Origin: Tricharina praecox
Lineage: Eukaryota
Reading direction: 5' to 3'
Length of the DNA: 64,000 nt
Assembly: GCF_024521635.1 (NCBI RefSeq)
Contig: NW_026250407.1
Location: forward strand, 1,488,001-1,552,000
The notes beneath the pieces are model-generated. The model worked only from the letters and a program-made list of their open reading frames with translations. It was not told where the DNA came from and made no database searches. A program made the position numbers and the translations under genes. Positions 24,051 through 37,700 of the stretch are shown here, piece after piece (the first letter of the stretch is position 1; each line of letters begins with the position of its first letter).

Positions 24051-24788
24051 GTTGGAGTTCTGTGTGTGTGGCGTGGTGGGGTGGTGGCCGCTGTATAGTA
24101 CTGGACTGAACACTGGACTGGACAGACGACGCCGGAGGTCTAGGCGGTAGGATTGCGAATAAATTTTGTAGCACGTGACGGGACTAGCTACCGGACCTAA
24201 TCAAGTTAGGCAGAAACCTAAAACCGCGAGTGATCTCTCATGCAGAATGATGTAAATGCTCAGCTCAAAACACGGCTGAACTCCCGTCTCCCACCAGATG
24301 CACCCAGCTTATCAACCACCCTTCAGCTTACTACTCTATACCTTCCATACCGCCCCAAATTATCCGCAGTGACAAATAAACATCGTCTCACCTCACCACG
24401 CCTCATCCTCATGCAGTAAAAGTACGGTAAGTATGATAGGAAGTATGCCAATATATTTTCTGACCCCCTCCCCTCTCTCCTGGCCATCTCTCCCCTCCCC
24501 CCATCGCCCCATCATTCATTCCTCATAAATAATAGCAGCATGGATAAGCTATAGTTGCTATAGTTCTCTCCCGTAAAAACGATGGCAAGTATGCATGCTA
24601 CGCACACACAAAAAACTCAAAAAGAAATCGAAAAAAGCAGAACATGGTAGTCTCACGAGACGCATGCATGATATGATAACGTAAAAGGAGAAAAGGAAAA
24701 GAAAGACACAAAAAAAAGTTTACATAGAAAGGGCGAACAAAAGAAAAAAAACACTTGTATCTAGAGTACCGTACTGCGACTAAACACA

Positions 24789-27700
24789 TCAGTCGCCGAG
24801 AGCCTTTCTGAGATCGTGCCATCGGTTCTTGAGTAGATCGTAATCCTCGTTTACCTACAGGACATGTTAGTAATTGATCGAATCAATGATCACGTAGAAG
24901 TGGTGGGAACATACAGTCGCAAGCTGCATCTTGGTGCTGACCAGCTCCTTCTCCATCTCCATCATGTTCTCCTCCAACGTCTGGTTCTGGTGATGCACAG
25001 AAAGGTTCTTCTGCATGAGGGCCTCCATCTCGCCCTTGAGACGATCCTCGACCTCCTGCGGCTGCTTATCCACCATATCCCGAAGGCCGTCTACCTTCGC
25101 TCTGAGCACCTCATTCTCATCCGCCAGCTGATCGTTCTGCACCTTGAGGCCAACCTCAGAGCTGGCGATGTTGACATACTCACGGTTGAGCTCCTCGTTC
25201 AACTCCTCGAGCTTCTTGACCTTCGCTTGGAGACTGGCGTTGCCTCGGCGAAGAGTCTCAAGCTCTTGTTCGGTCTCGCGCTTGGTGCGTTGCTCGTCCT
25301 CCCACTCGTTCTCGTAGCGCTCGAGCATCTCGGACGAGATCTTAATCTCGATCGCATCGCAGATCATGTCGTTGGCACGGTAAACTTCCTTTTCGCCGCC
25401 ATTGCCGAAGAATCCGGCTTCTAGTAGGCTGTGGGGCGACGGCATAGTGTCAATGTACACGTCAAACAGCTTCTCCTTGAGGAATGGTCCCAGGGTATCG
25501 AATTCCAACGTGAGAAGCTTTTCGGCGTTCTGCTTCATCAGGCAAATACCGAACTTGAGGATAGGACCTTCGAGGCCCTCGCTGAACAGGAGATCAAACA
25601 CGCGGAGAACCAGCTGTAGCGGGAACTTGTACGTAAAGAGCGTGAGAAACCATTGTGCGGCGTAGAGGGAGGACTCGATATTTTGACGCTTGAGGTGAAT
25701 CGCCAGCCGCGGCTCGTAGTCTTCGAGGATGCGGTCGTATTGGTACAGTCTTAACTCGAGACCCCTCATCTTCTCCTGGAACATGGTGCGCAGCTTGTAC
25801 TTGTTCATGAGCTTGACAAATACACAAAAGGCTTCCTCTTCGGACATCTGCAGGCGGTTAGCCCCTTTTTCGCGACAGCTTAATTTATTATTGGGAGAAA
25901 CAAACATTCAGCAGCAAGACGGTGGCGATGAATGTCATCCCCTGTGTGTAACCGACTGCAGGGTCAAACAGTGCATACGCCTTGCATACGTTCAAAAGTG
26001 CCTTTTGGTCGACCTTGTACTTTCCGAAGCTAGTGCGATCACCGAGGTCACGCTTAATCACCTTCTCCAGCTGAGCAATTGTGTTTCCCCACTTCATGGT
26101 GCTGGCTGCAGTTCCTTTGGGCTCTATCCGGGGGCTTGTGCGGGAGCCCATCTTAGGAGAAGAAGCTTGGCTGGAAGTAGGAGAGGGATCCCAGAGCCAG
26201 TGGCTGCCAAAAATTGGACGCGCGTCTTCAGCTGTGGCGATTGCCGGAAGCACGATCACCTCACGGTAGATAGCCTCCAACTCCAGTGACTTGCTGGCTG
26301 CCAGGCTCTGCCAAATGGTGCCGCGGAGGGTAGGCGGGATTCCGGCCTGAATTGCCCGGTTAAGCTCCGTGGGTTTCTCCGCAGCAACCTTGTACGCATC
26401 GTCCACCACAGCCTGCCACAAGTCCCAGTCAATGTCATCTTCGGATTTTGTTGATGCGGCGGCAGACGGGGCGCGTTCGGGGGAGCCGGGAGTCTGCGTC
26501 GCTGGTACCGGTTCCTCTGCTACTGCTGCGCCAACGATGAGTTTCGTTCTGAAAGCTGACGCGATAGATGATATCGAACCTCTTGTAACCGCCGATGGTG
26601 CACTGGCAGAGCCCACACTTTGGGACCGTGCCTCCCTGAGTTTCTTGAAGTTCTCCCGCAGGTTCTCCATTCCGCGCAGGTGCTCCTCCTTCTCTTTCTC
26701 GGGGTCCCGGTTGTTACCCAAGCGATTAATCAGTAGTTCGTTATCCGCGCCAAGTGCTGCCAATCCGACCGAGGTCATAGACGAAGACGTTCCTCGTCTT
26801 GAGCCTGCTACAGGCGCTGGGGGAGGTGTGGCAGTAGTGGAATTAGAGCGTAGCCAGCTGAACGGAGATCGTTTGACCGGCGGTGGTGTGGGTTGTGCGG
26901 ACGTGGATTGTGTAGGCAAGTTAGAAGACGACAGAAAGGCAGACGAGAGACCTCTAGCTCTTGACTGGGGCGGTGCCGTTGCTGGCGGTGCAGGCGGATT
27001 GACTTTCGCAGCTGCAGGAACCGCGGAGCCCGAGGAACTTCCCGACGACCGCGAAAATCTGTTTGTGATTGACTCCACCAACGATGGGGTATGCGGGGGA
27101 GGAGGGGGAGGAGAAGGAGGTGTAGCTTCAGCCGGTGGGGTTGAGACTTTGGACGGTGGTAGGTCGTCTATCAGAGAGACCTCGTCGAGCGAGGTAATTG
27201 AAAGTCGTCTCTGAAGGTTAACCGGAGACTTTAGACTCCCCGCCGAAGGGATATCTTGCGTTGAGCCATTCGTAGTAGTCGGTGCTGTCATAGAGGACGC
27301 CTGGCTGCTGCGGTGGTCTGCCGGTGAAGCCACGCTTGGCGGTGAATTTGGTGTCTCTAGAACCGAAGATACTGTCGAGCGTGACAACCGGTTCAAGCTG
27401 CGTGTTTGAGGTTGACGAGGAGACGTTGATTCAGGAGCATCTGCGAACCCCTCTTCTTCATCGCTGCTTTCTTGTTCCTTCTATAGTGACCCTGTTAGCT
27501 TCTCCTGGAGCTACCTGGGCGGTTGTTGTTATGCAACAGGAAGGCATCGGAATGGGCATGTGTTGGAGAGAAGGGCAGAAGCAGGGGGGTGCCAGAGGCA
27601 GTTTGACGGGACATCTAACAGTCGTTCCGGAGAGTTAAGGGGAAAGCATTGAATAGAGATAAATACCTTATCGTCATCTTCGTCGTCCTCTTCTTCGTCC

Positions 27701-27927
27701 TCATCCTCGTCCTCATCCTCATCATCGTCCTCGTCGTCATCGCTTTCTTCTTTCGCAACGGAATTGCCGGAGAGTCTGCGTGTAGCTGCATTCGACTTGA
27801 CAGACCTCAGGGACCTCAGGGATTCGCCGACGCTGAGGGGTCTCTTCTCCGGCTCCTTTTCCTTGATGGATTCTGTAGCTGTAGGAGGACGAGCCTCTTC
27901 GACGGCCTTGTCTGAAGCGTCGGCCAT
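24789..27927 (-). CDS. GYP5: TBC-domain Rab GTPase-activating protein, Gyp5/EVI5-like, with C-terminal coiled coil
   Basis: GIPPTLRGTIWQ, EKVIKRDLGDRT, KAYALFDPAVGYTQGMTFI, EEEAFCVFVKLM, YAAQWFLTLFTYKFPLQLVLRVFD. Long S/P-rich N-terminus and coiled-coil C-terminus ending DLLKNRWHDLRKALGD*. Confidence 0.88.
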
Positions 27928-29925
27928 GACGCAGGAGGTGTCGAGGAGGAGGGGAACAGCAGCAGTTGCTGGGTGAAGCTCCTAGGGCCAGGCGAGCTGG
28001 TGTTTGGAGAGAGAGGAAGTCGTGTAGAAGCTCCGATCGAGTCCAATGTCTGTGACAAGATGTTGTGAGAGGGGTGGAAGTGTAGTGGCAGGTTGGTATG
28101 TAGGTTGGGAGGAGTCGCGTATTTTTGGAGATTGGGGAAATGGAAGGATGAGGAGGGAGGGAGAAGAAGGGGAGGGATAACTAACAGGTGTTATTGATTT
28201 CTCTGTCTCCTCTCGCACGCTGTGGCCGTTGTTGGGGGTAGCTGGTCAAAATAGGGAAAAAAGGGAGGGTGAACCGTCCCACGTCTGCTGGCTGCAGGGA
28301 GGGCTTCGCTCGACACCACACACGTCCATCCGTCACAATAGTAACTAGCACTCCATGTAGCAGCAAGCAAGCAACGGCGTCGTGGTCTGCTACTTTAGCT
28401 CAAATAAATCCCCGTCGTCTTTAGCACGGAGGGTGCTCGAGTTAACTTGTGTTCCTGCCAAGTGGACCGGACTGGCGCTGGTTCTTCTCCTCCTCGGGTG
28501 CGGGTTTGCGATCGAATCCACGTCTCTTGAGTCTCGTTTTTTCCTCGGTCCTTCTGTCTCTTGCTTCTTTTCTTTCTTTCTCTGACTTCTTTTTCTTCTG
28601 CCCCGCATGAACTCATCAGCAGAGCGAGCGGCTGAGAAGATGCTCCGATCAGTCACGAACGAATCAGGAGAAGTCCGTCGTGCGTCGAGCTGCTGGCTGC
28701 TGGCGCCGACTGCTGAGGAATACATGAGCATACATATAGCCCGGTATGTACTCTGCTGTATGTACTGGCATCTAACTATCAGGTACATGCATACATAACC
28801 GGCGCATCGAACAACCGCACACATCCCACACGCACCCTTCTTGGATTGTATTTTCGATCCGAGATGATTGCGGCTGGCTGGCTGGGCTGGCAGTGCCATT
28901 TTCTTTACTCATCCTACCTATCAGAACAGCACGGCCTTGAAGATGCTGATGTTATCGTGCTATCGTGCTATTGTTCCAAAAAGCGACACACACACCCACA
29001 TCTATTTTTGTTTCAGTTCTGCGGCTGTGGTGGTGGTGGGTGGTGGTGGGGGAGAGGGACAGTGATAGATGGATGCTCACTTCACCTCACTTCACCACTC
29101 AGCTGAGTGTTCCGCGTAGCAAGCGTCCAGTCCAGTGCAGTCTATGTACCCAAAAAATTCGAAGCAAGCACCTGCAACTGCAACAGCCACGTCGCACCCG
29201 GCCAATTAAATTTTTTCCAGTGGCTGTCTTCGCTCTTCGCTCTTCGCTCTTCCCTTTCCCTTCCCTTTTCCCTTCCCTTTTTTTTCCCATGTGCGTTGAT
29301 GTACCTACTCTACTCTACGGTAGGTTCGTTCGGCGTGTTGTGTGTGGTGCGTGTTCGGGCCCTCCCGCTTCTGCAGCTAACGAGCTAGCCCACGCCGCAT
29401 GCGGCAAGGCCAAGAGCCGACGGCGCAAGAGATTCTCTTTTTGTGAGGCTCTGTGCGCGGACCGTTGGCGTACCGGATATGGCGCGGTCATGGGTGAGCA
29501 CTCGGATTTACTCTACTGATCGAGGCGAGGGGTTTGATGGAGTGGCGATATTTGATGTGATATCTCAAATGGATGATGGATTGTAGCATAAGGTTATTCT
29601 ATGTAACGAAGCTTGGACTGGGCCCTGAATTACATAGCACTCGAGGCCTCGCTAAGTAGATGCCTTTGGGCCTGGTGCTCTCTCTGAAGGGACAGCCCGG
29701 AAGGCTTCCGAGAGCAGAAGAAACATATAAAACCGTCAGCTCAAAAGCCCAGTGTGTTGATGCTATGAGGGCAAGTCCGGCATCTCCCGCAGGCATTATT
29801 CTCCGTTCGTGTCCATCTCTCCAATTTTGAGTACATCTAGTATTGCAACGCCGTCTCATCACTCACAATCATCCAATGTCGTCCCTTCCGCGTGAGGATC
29901 ACTTCTTCCGGTTTTCAAAACAGTT

Positions 29926-29964
29926 CTGCGCATCTGAGCCTGCGCATCTGAGCCTGCGCATCTG
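29926..29964. repeat. Short tandem repeat (CTGCGCATCTGAGC) x about 3
   Basis: ctgcgcatctgagc ctgcgcatctgagc ctgcgcatctg. Confidence 0.8.
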
Positions 29965-31784
29965 GGTCGTCGCATAGGTAACAGTAGAGCTTGTCGAATA
30001 GCGGTTATTCTTGTAGGTGGATTGTGGCGACGCTTACTGCGAGCAATGAGAGCATTCGGTGACGGAGGCAGTTGCGATGTATGTACCTATGTCGGCCGTC
30101 CCAGGCGAGACGTGCTGGTAGGTGCTCCACCACGGCCGAAACTGACGGTAGCGAGAACGCCGATGTTGCGAGCCGAAGCCGGCTCGAGGGGCGGCCTTGC
30201 AAGACCACGGATACAGAAGGAAGGAGAGGAGAGGATACAGGAGATGTGAAGGATTGCCCAAGACCGCACGTCACATTCGCCAGCCGACTCATCCAGTCGA
30301 TTCTCCGGCAACGACGTATCCTCAACCGGCGTTGCTGTCCTGTCCTGTCCGGCGTGCTCGTGCTCGTGATGCTGCGCTCCCGTTCGGGCCTTCCCGCATA
30401 CCTGCAGCTAACTAAAAAGTGGGACCAGACCTAGAGGGGCAAGGCCAAGAGTCCAAGAGGCGAAGAGGCGCCGAGATGAGGCTCTGTGTGCCGCTGGCTG
30501 GCCGCTGGTGGGTCGAGACATATCTGGTTACCCGGCGAGCCGATCCGGCTAGAATAAGCTGGCTGATGCTCTGGCTTTGGCTATGACGCACGCTTCGAGG
30601 TCGATTCGTTTCCATTCCTCGACTCGGGAGAGGGATGAAAATGATGTTGATGCACAGCGACGGCTCCGCAGAGAGTCCTGATGATAAAGAGCTGTAATTG
30701 AAAGTGGTTGTGCGCATTCACATCGGTCGACTTCGAGGGACCCGGTGAGCGGCAATAGTACTTGCATTTGTAGTCGGACTGTCGCGAGGAGAAGAAGGAG
30801 AAGAGTGGAAGCTCTACCTCGACCTCTTACGCGTCCTTTCGGTATCCGATTCCGTTCGCTTCCATCTCTTTCCTCGGCTCTGTACGAACGAGGTTGCAGG
30901 ATGGTAGATGTTGCACCCGTTGGATTCTTAGATTCTCTCTCCTCCTCCACCGTATGATACCTCTCCACTTTCTCCATTCCCTCTTCGCATTTTCTCGAGT
31001 ATGTAGATTTCGTCTATGCCGTAGATTTCTCTCTTTGTTATTAGTTCCCATTCGTGAAGAATCTCAAGGAAAGATAGAGAGCGGGCAGTGGCAAGCTGGA
31101 CCCAGCAGAACGCAAGCAAACATGGACAGACCTGACGCTGTGCTCGGCCGCTAAACCTGCCTAATGCCAAACGGATCATCTCGCCCAAACCAACCAAACC
31201 ATCCATCACACACCTCCAAGCAAACTCCTCCCCTCCACATTCCTACACCGTCGACCCCCCTCCTCCCCCACCACCACCCCATCTCCTTCTAACCTCAACT
31301 CCAACTTCCTTCCATCTCTAGGGCATCTACTGCAAACACAGACGTCAATCGGCTAAAAGCAAATCAACGGAGACTGCACTCTCCTCACAACGCTTGTGCT
31401 GATCAGCCTCAAACCCATCCAGCCCGTCATCGTCACCCCGCCATCATCAAACATCCCAACCTCTCCATAACCCCACCCTACTCCTCTCCTCGTAACTTTT
31501 CTCATCCACAGATTTTCTCCCCCAATCTCGCTGCTAAATAACGTGATTCGCGAAGCTAGGCACACGACTCACATACATAGGACCCATCCGCCCTCTCTTG
31601 CAGCGACCACTCGACCCCCGCGTCGCGTCAATTTGATACCTACGCTTCCGTTCGGTGACCGGTTCCTTCATACCCCCCCTTACATACTTACATCTACTTC
31701 AAAATACACTGCAAGTCGGTGTGTGCGTGTGTGTGTTCCCTTGGTGTAAAGTTCTAGCTCGTTCATCGTGCGAGAGCTTGCATC

Positions 31785-34700
31785 ATGAAGATCAAAAAAT
31801 TGGCTACGGCCAAACATGAGGCGACTCTGGTGAGTGACACCCCGCACTGATCACTGATCCCGGCCGGTTGCTGCTGCTGGGCGTTCGGGTCGATGCTGAT
31901 GCATTGCGATGCGAAACACAGTCACCGTTCATCCGCGACTTTACCACAAAAGCTATATCTACACCCTTGCCGGAGCTTGTGCCGTTCCTACAGACCTTTC
32001 CGAGAGATTGGCCGTTTCCGCGCGGCGATCTCTACCACTGGATCACACTTCTAAACCGCTTCGATACCATACTCGAGGAGCAGGTGATCAAATACAAGTT
32101 TAAGGACGGTCCGCAAACAATCTCTTGGGAGCAGGAGGACAAGGCCCTGTTGATCGGAATACTGGACTTCACCCGTCTACTAGTTGAGAATTGCGGAAAT
32201 CGGAGTTTGTACGCTAGCAGTGGTGTAAGTTTTCTTCTCCGCGGCGGCGGCGGCGCGAATCATGGGGAATGCATGCATGCTGACTCGAGTTGCGATGTAA
32301 AACAGAATGTCGGGGAACTTTTGAACACTACCGATGTCGATGTCCTGCTTTCCTCGTTGCGGCTTACTTGCCGACTTGCTCAGAGATACTACACTTCTCG
32401 GACGAGGGGTGGCAGTTCGGCGGCACAAGCGACGTTGTTGGCCTCGCACTACAACATTAACCTAAATAAGGTGGTGACGCTCGCGACACCCTTCTTGAAG
32501 AGCATCAATGGCGCAAGCAAGTCCGCTTCCTCGCGCGCGTTTCTGCCGATCTACGCTACCGATCTTGGACGGATTGCTCGAGGAGAGAACCCCGTGGACC
32601 CGATCGCGAACCTCTCTCCTAGCAAAGGAAAAGGCAAGGCGGAGGATGGAGAAGGGAGCTGGGAGGAGTGGGGAGGAGCCTGGATTAGCTACTACGTCAG
32701 CCCTAAGGTTCCAGCACCTCCGGCACCGGCTCCCTTTATCCCTAGAGATCCAACTACACCAACTCCTACGCGGAGGTCTTCTTTGCACCATTCTCACACC
32801 CATTCGCATCACCAACAGCAAGTGCAGCACACCCCAGGATCTGCGTCTCGCTCGCGTCCGGTTGAAGAGCCGGTGCCGGAGGTTCCAGATTCTACCGCGG
32901 CGGGTGGCATGCAGACGTTGGAGATCCCCTCCAGCCGGATCAAGGAGGCGCCTACCCTCGAAGAAATCATCGAATCGACGCTTCCCGATTTGCCGACGGA
33001 TTCCCATTATGAGTTCCTCCATCGGCTGCGCGTGGCATCGGCTTTGGCGGGTGATCTCGAGAAACGGAGAAAGATTCTCGCTGTCCGGATATTGGCCCTG
33101 ACGAACTTGGCCTACGTTTACAACGAACAGCAGTTTGCCCAGAAAATTCTCGTGCTCGACCAGGACGAACCGCGGAGGTTGCAGTTACCGTATCAGTTGG
33201 CCGAGTTGGTGCAAGGAGGCGAGAGGCAAGGAAAGGGCGGAGAGATACCTAAATGGCTGCAGTCTTTGGCGCTCGGTGGACTGGAGGCTTTGGCGCGCCA
33301 CAAGACCAGGAATGCCGACGTCTGTGGTGCTCTGAGTGTCAACGTCAATCATGGTGTTCTGTTGTACCTCATGCGGAAAGCTGTGGCGGAGCTGAGTAGT
33401 GATGATAGTAACGACCCCAGTGGTGAGGCGGAGGAATGGAGGGAGGCACTGTTTTCTCTGATGTGCTTCTTGCCTACTAATAGCCATACCGCGGCAATGC
33501 TTATTTCCGCCGGATTGGTTCCTATCCTCGTTGATCTGATCAACATGCGCACGACGAAGGCTCATCGACTCATCCCGAAGGCCCTCAGTATTCTGGACCA
33601 TATCTTGTACAGTGTGCCAAACGCAATCCAAACATTTGCAAATGCGAAGGGCTTGGACGCCGTCGTCGATCTCGTGTCGTACGAGACACAGGCTGGTCTT
33701 GAAGAAGTGAGGTCTGGTAAGGGCATTCCGGACATCTATCGTACAGAACAGACGGACTACAAGATTAGTCACCAACGGCAGCAGACCCTTAAAATGGTCA
33801 CCAAGTTCATGCAACATATGATGGGACAGTCCGGTGCTGGCGTGGACCGTCTGCTCCGGAATCTGGTCGACAATCCGAAGCTGCTGGAAGCCATTCGGTT
33901 GGTCATCGGTCAGGGAGGTGTCTGGGGCAGTCACATCTGGAGCACGGTCGTCGGCATGATCAGCGCTTTCATCCATAATGAGCCCACTAGTTACGCCGTG
34001 ATCCACGAAGCCCATATTACGCATGCTTTCTTGGAAGCCATCACTGGAAAAACGGGATTGGCGGAAGATGAAACGCGCCGGAAGAAGGAGGAAGAGGCGA
34101 AAAAGAAGAAGACTGAAGAGGACGAGGCAAAGCGGCAGAAGGAAGAGACGGAGAGGGAAGAAGGCCAACCCGGTCCGTCGGAACAGTCTACGACGGTCGT
34201 TGTTCCGCGGGGCAGTGAAGATGATGCGGCCATGGCGGACGTCGCTAAGTCACCCGAGGAGCCGAAGCCTGAAATTCCGAAGCCTGAAGCGCGGCCGTTT
34301 CCCGTCAACATTTCGTGGATCATGCCGTCTCAAGATGCTATCGGTTCCATTCCTACCGCACTGGGCGCGATCTGTCTCAACCCCTTGGGTCTCGATCTCA
34401 TCCAGGCCTCCGGCTCTTTGGATGCATTCTTCGAGATATTCGAGAGCCCCGCTCACGTGAAGGTCCTGATCGAGGGAGAGCTTGACAACCTTCTGGGAAC
34501 GCAATTCGACGAACTCGTTCGACATCATCCTAACCTGCGCGAGAGCGTTCTGAAATCCACACTGCACATGTTGGATAGGGTGGTTGAAGTTGGAAAGAGA
34601 TACGCGGTTGAGCACGGGATCGGCGCGAAAGTCTGGCTGGACGATGGGAAGGGTGGACTCGTGGTTTCTGGTGGCAGGAAGGCTTTGGCTGGATCTGCCG

Positions 34701-37700
34701 CGGCGGAGCCCGCAGCGAACGAATCTGGACCGAGTACTGGCAAGACCGCCGAGGGTAAAGACGACAACAACGACGTGGAAATGAGCGATGTTGATGCCTT
34801 GACGACAGTATCTGTTGGCGAAACAAATCCCGATGGAGCCCCCGCCGGCCAGGTCGTATCGTTGGAAGACATTTGCACATTACAGGATCTGAAGTATGAG
34901 GAGTCTGAAAAGGATTCGGATTTGCTCCCGATCACGGACTATATCGACGTCGCGGCAAGGTACCTCGAGGGATTCATCACGAACACAACGCAGACGCGGG
35001 AGCTTCTTCGTCGCGGTGGTCTCGACAAACTGCTTGAATTCTATAGCCTGCCTAGTCTTCCATACGACTTTGCTACTAGTCAGGCCAATCAGACTATCTG
35101 TCGCGCTATGCACCTGTTCTGCGAGAGCAATCTTCTCGATACGCTCCAGGCGGTGTTCACTTGTGCTCAGAAGTCGGTCGATAAGCTGCAGCCATTTTTG
35201 GAGCACATCGATAAGGAGCCTTACTTCGCACCTTTGACCAACCCTACGTCCAAGGACAGCGCGCCGTTGCCTCCTAGACTGCAAGGCGGTCTACCTGCTA
35301 GCGATATTCAGTCGGTCCCGGCCGGCGACGACCCGGAAGCCGAAACTGAGAAACAGGCGGTTAGAAGTGTCAAGGCCGATGGAACGACACTTGTCAAGAA
35401 CCTCGTCACTGTACACGCCTTGGCCTTCCTTCTCCAGGATTTGTACCACCAGTCGATGTTCAACGCCCGACAGAGCGTGCAAGTTATCCTGCACAACATT
35501 AAGAAGGGAGGCGGAGAAGGCTTGATCGCTAAACTCGGTGCGCTGCAACGACAATGTGTGTGGGAGGAGATCCAGCTGCAAAAGGGCATTCCGGCGGATT
35601 GGGATGAAGTCACTCGAACGAAGGATTCGGCTACGAATGCGGCTTCTGCGATCGAAGAGGCTCCCGTTCCTCCGCCTGCTGCTGGCCCTTCCGGGGCTGC
35701 CAGCGAGAACAAGCCCGACGCTCCGCAGTCGAGCGAGCAGAAGAAGGAGGCCCAAAAGGCCGTCGTCGAGAAGGATGGACATACGTCTTGGTTCAGGAAT
35801 GTCAAGACTATCCGCTTCCTGATTGGACAGATTCCTACGTCTATCAATCCTTTCTTGCAAGGTATGTTCCGATTCGTGTTTCTATCTTTTGTGGCGACAC
35901 ATGGCTGATGTTATCTAGGACTGGCGAAATGTGTGATCAATCGACGGAACAATGATACGCTGCACAAGTACCTCGCGTTCAAGCTGGTCGATGGGATCGG
36001 TCATTCCATGTACAAGCATTTGACCTGGGAGAGGATTGGTATGTTTTCTTCGGTTTGGCATGAGTGTGTGCATGGCCAATTACTGACGTGTGGATCAGAG
36101 TCATCGGAGTCTATCACGGACAAGTATGGGTATTGGATCGTTATGCTATCCGCCACCATGTCGCTTTTGCTTGAAGGCGTTGCTCCGGATTATTTCAACA
36201 CGCCGAAGAACACGCCCCCGGAGAGACAGCCATTCATCATCACCACCGCTCTGGTTGCTTTCAAACAGCTGGGTGGGCTCGAGGTGATCAAGAAGATTCT
36301 CCGGACCTTCTGGAACGAGTTGCAGGATCTCCCGGCTTCCGACGATGTCGAGCAGATGACTAGCAACGATCAGCAACGTATGGCCCACGCGTACGGTGGC
36401 ATCCGGATCATTTTACTGCTGTTCTCGTACTTGGTTTCCGACCGGGCCGTCCAGCATGCTGGGCAATCCGAGGCTCTTCACATGAGGTCGATCAACGATT
36501 CCAGCAGAGCGGATTACTTCAATACCAGTCAGCTCTTGATCGAACTCCGGGCTTCTATCCTTCCCGTGGTCCAGGAGATGTGGGAGAGCAGCACAATGGA
36601 GAAGAAGGCAACCTCGGCAATCGTCAAATCTGTCGTTGAGATCCTCGGCATCATCCTTAGAGGTGATCATGAGAGCTCCGCATTTACACGGAAGGAACTT
36701 GAGAAGAGGCCCGGCCTCAACAACATCATTTCTTGGCAGTCGATGGTGCCACAGGACGAGCGCATAAAGCAGCTCACCGACATGGGATTCTCGCACGATG
36801 GAGCTCAGGAGGCGCTTATGCGGTGTAGTGACAATGTTGACACTGCTGCCAGTTGGTTGTCATCGCGAGGAGAGCCCGCTCGTCCACTTCGCCCTCATCG
36901 CCCTCACCATGATTCCATGGACGAGGACGATGACGAGGATGACGAGGATGATGGTACCGATGTCGATATTGATCTGGTTAGCGGTCAACGAGCGCCTCCC
37001 CAGCCACCATCTGAGCCTGCTGCATCGGTCCCTCCCGCGCCTACGCCTCCCAATGTGGAAACTCCCGAGCCTGCGATGGCACCTCCGCCACCTCCGCTTG
37101 TTCCTGCAGATATTCTCCGTTCAGACGATGCGGCTATGAGCATTGAGACGCCTATTGCACTTGCGCCTGCTAGCGATAAGGGCAAGGGTAAGGAGACTGA
37201 AAAGGAAGAGACCAAAGCACCGAAGGAGAAAGTCATGACCATCGAAGACCTTGGCGATCTCCGTGCGGCAGTACGCGATAACCTCGTTAGCCGCTCGCTC
37301 GATGTACTTCAGGTCCAGGCGGAAATCACTTTCGAGCTTGCGGAGCTGATACGTTCGGCTTTCGAGGCCACGTCTCCCGAGACACGCAAAGATGTTGCTT
37401 CAACTATCTTCCAGTCGCTGCTTTCACTGCAGATGGAGGATGACTTCAGGTCTCAGGCAAAGACCATTGCTTCTACGGCTCATCTGCTTGGACTTGTCCT
37501 GCAGAACCAGGGGTTCTATGAAGCTGCGGTTGAGGATCTTAACGACCAACTCTCCGTTCTTATAGGCTTTATTAAGGTCTACCCCGGGAGTCGTGCGCCG
37601 TGGATTGCCAACATCCTTCTTGTCGTCGAGAAGCTGCTCTCGGAGAACGCACAACCCGACAAGATCAAGTTTACTCCAGGACAGAGTGACACTGAGTCAC

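Noticed and set aside
30641..30685. Possible C/D-box snoRNA (ATGATG...CTGA)
   Set aside because: Too short, with an imperfect C box and no terminal stem or recognisable rRNA guide.
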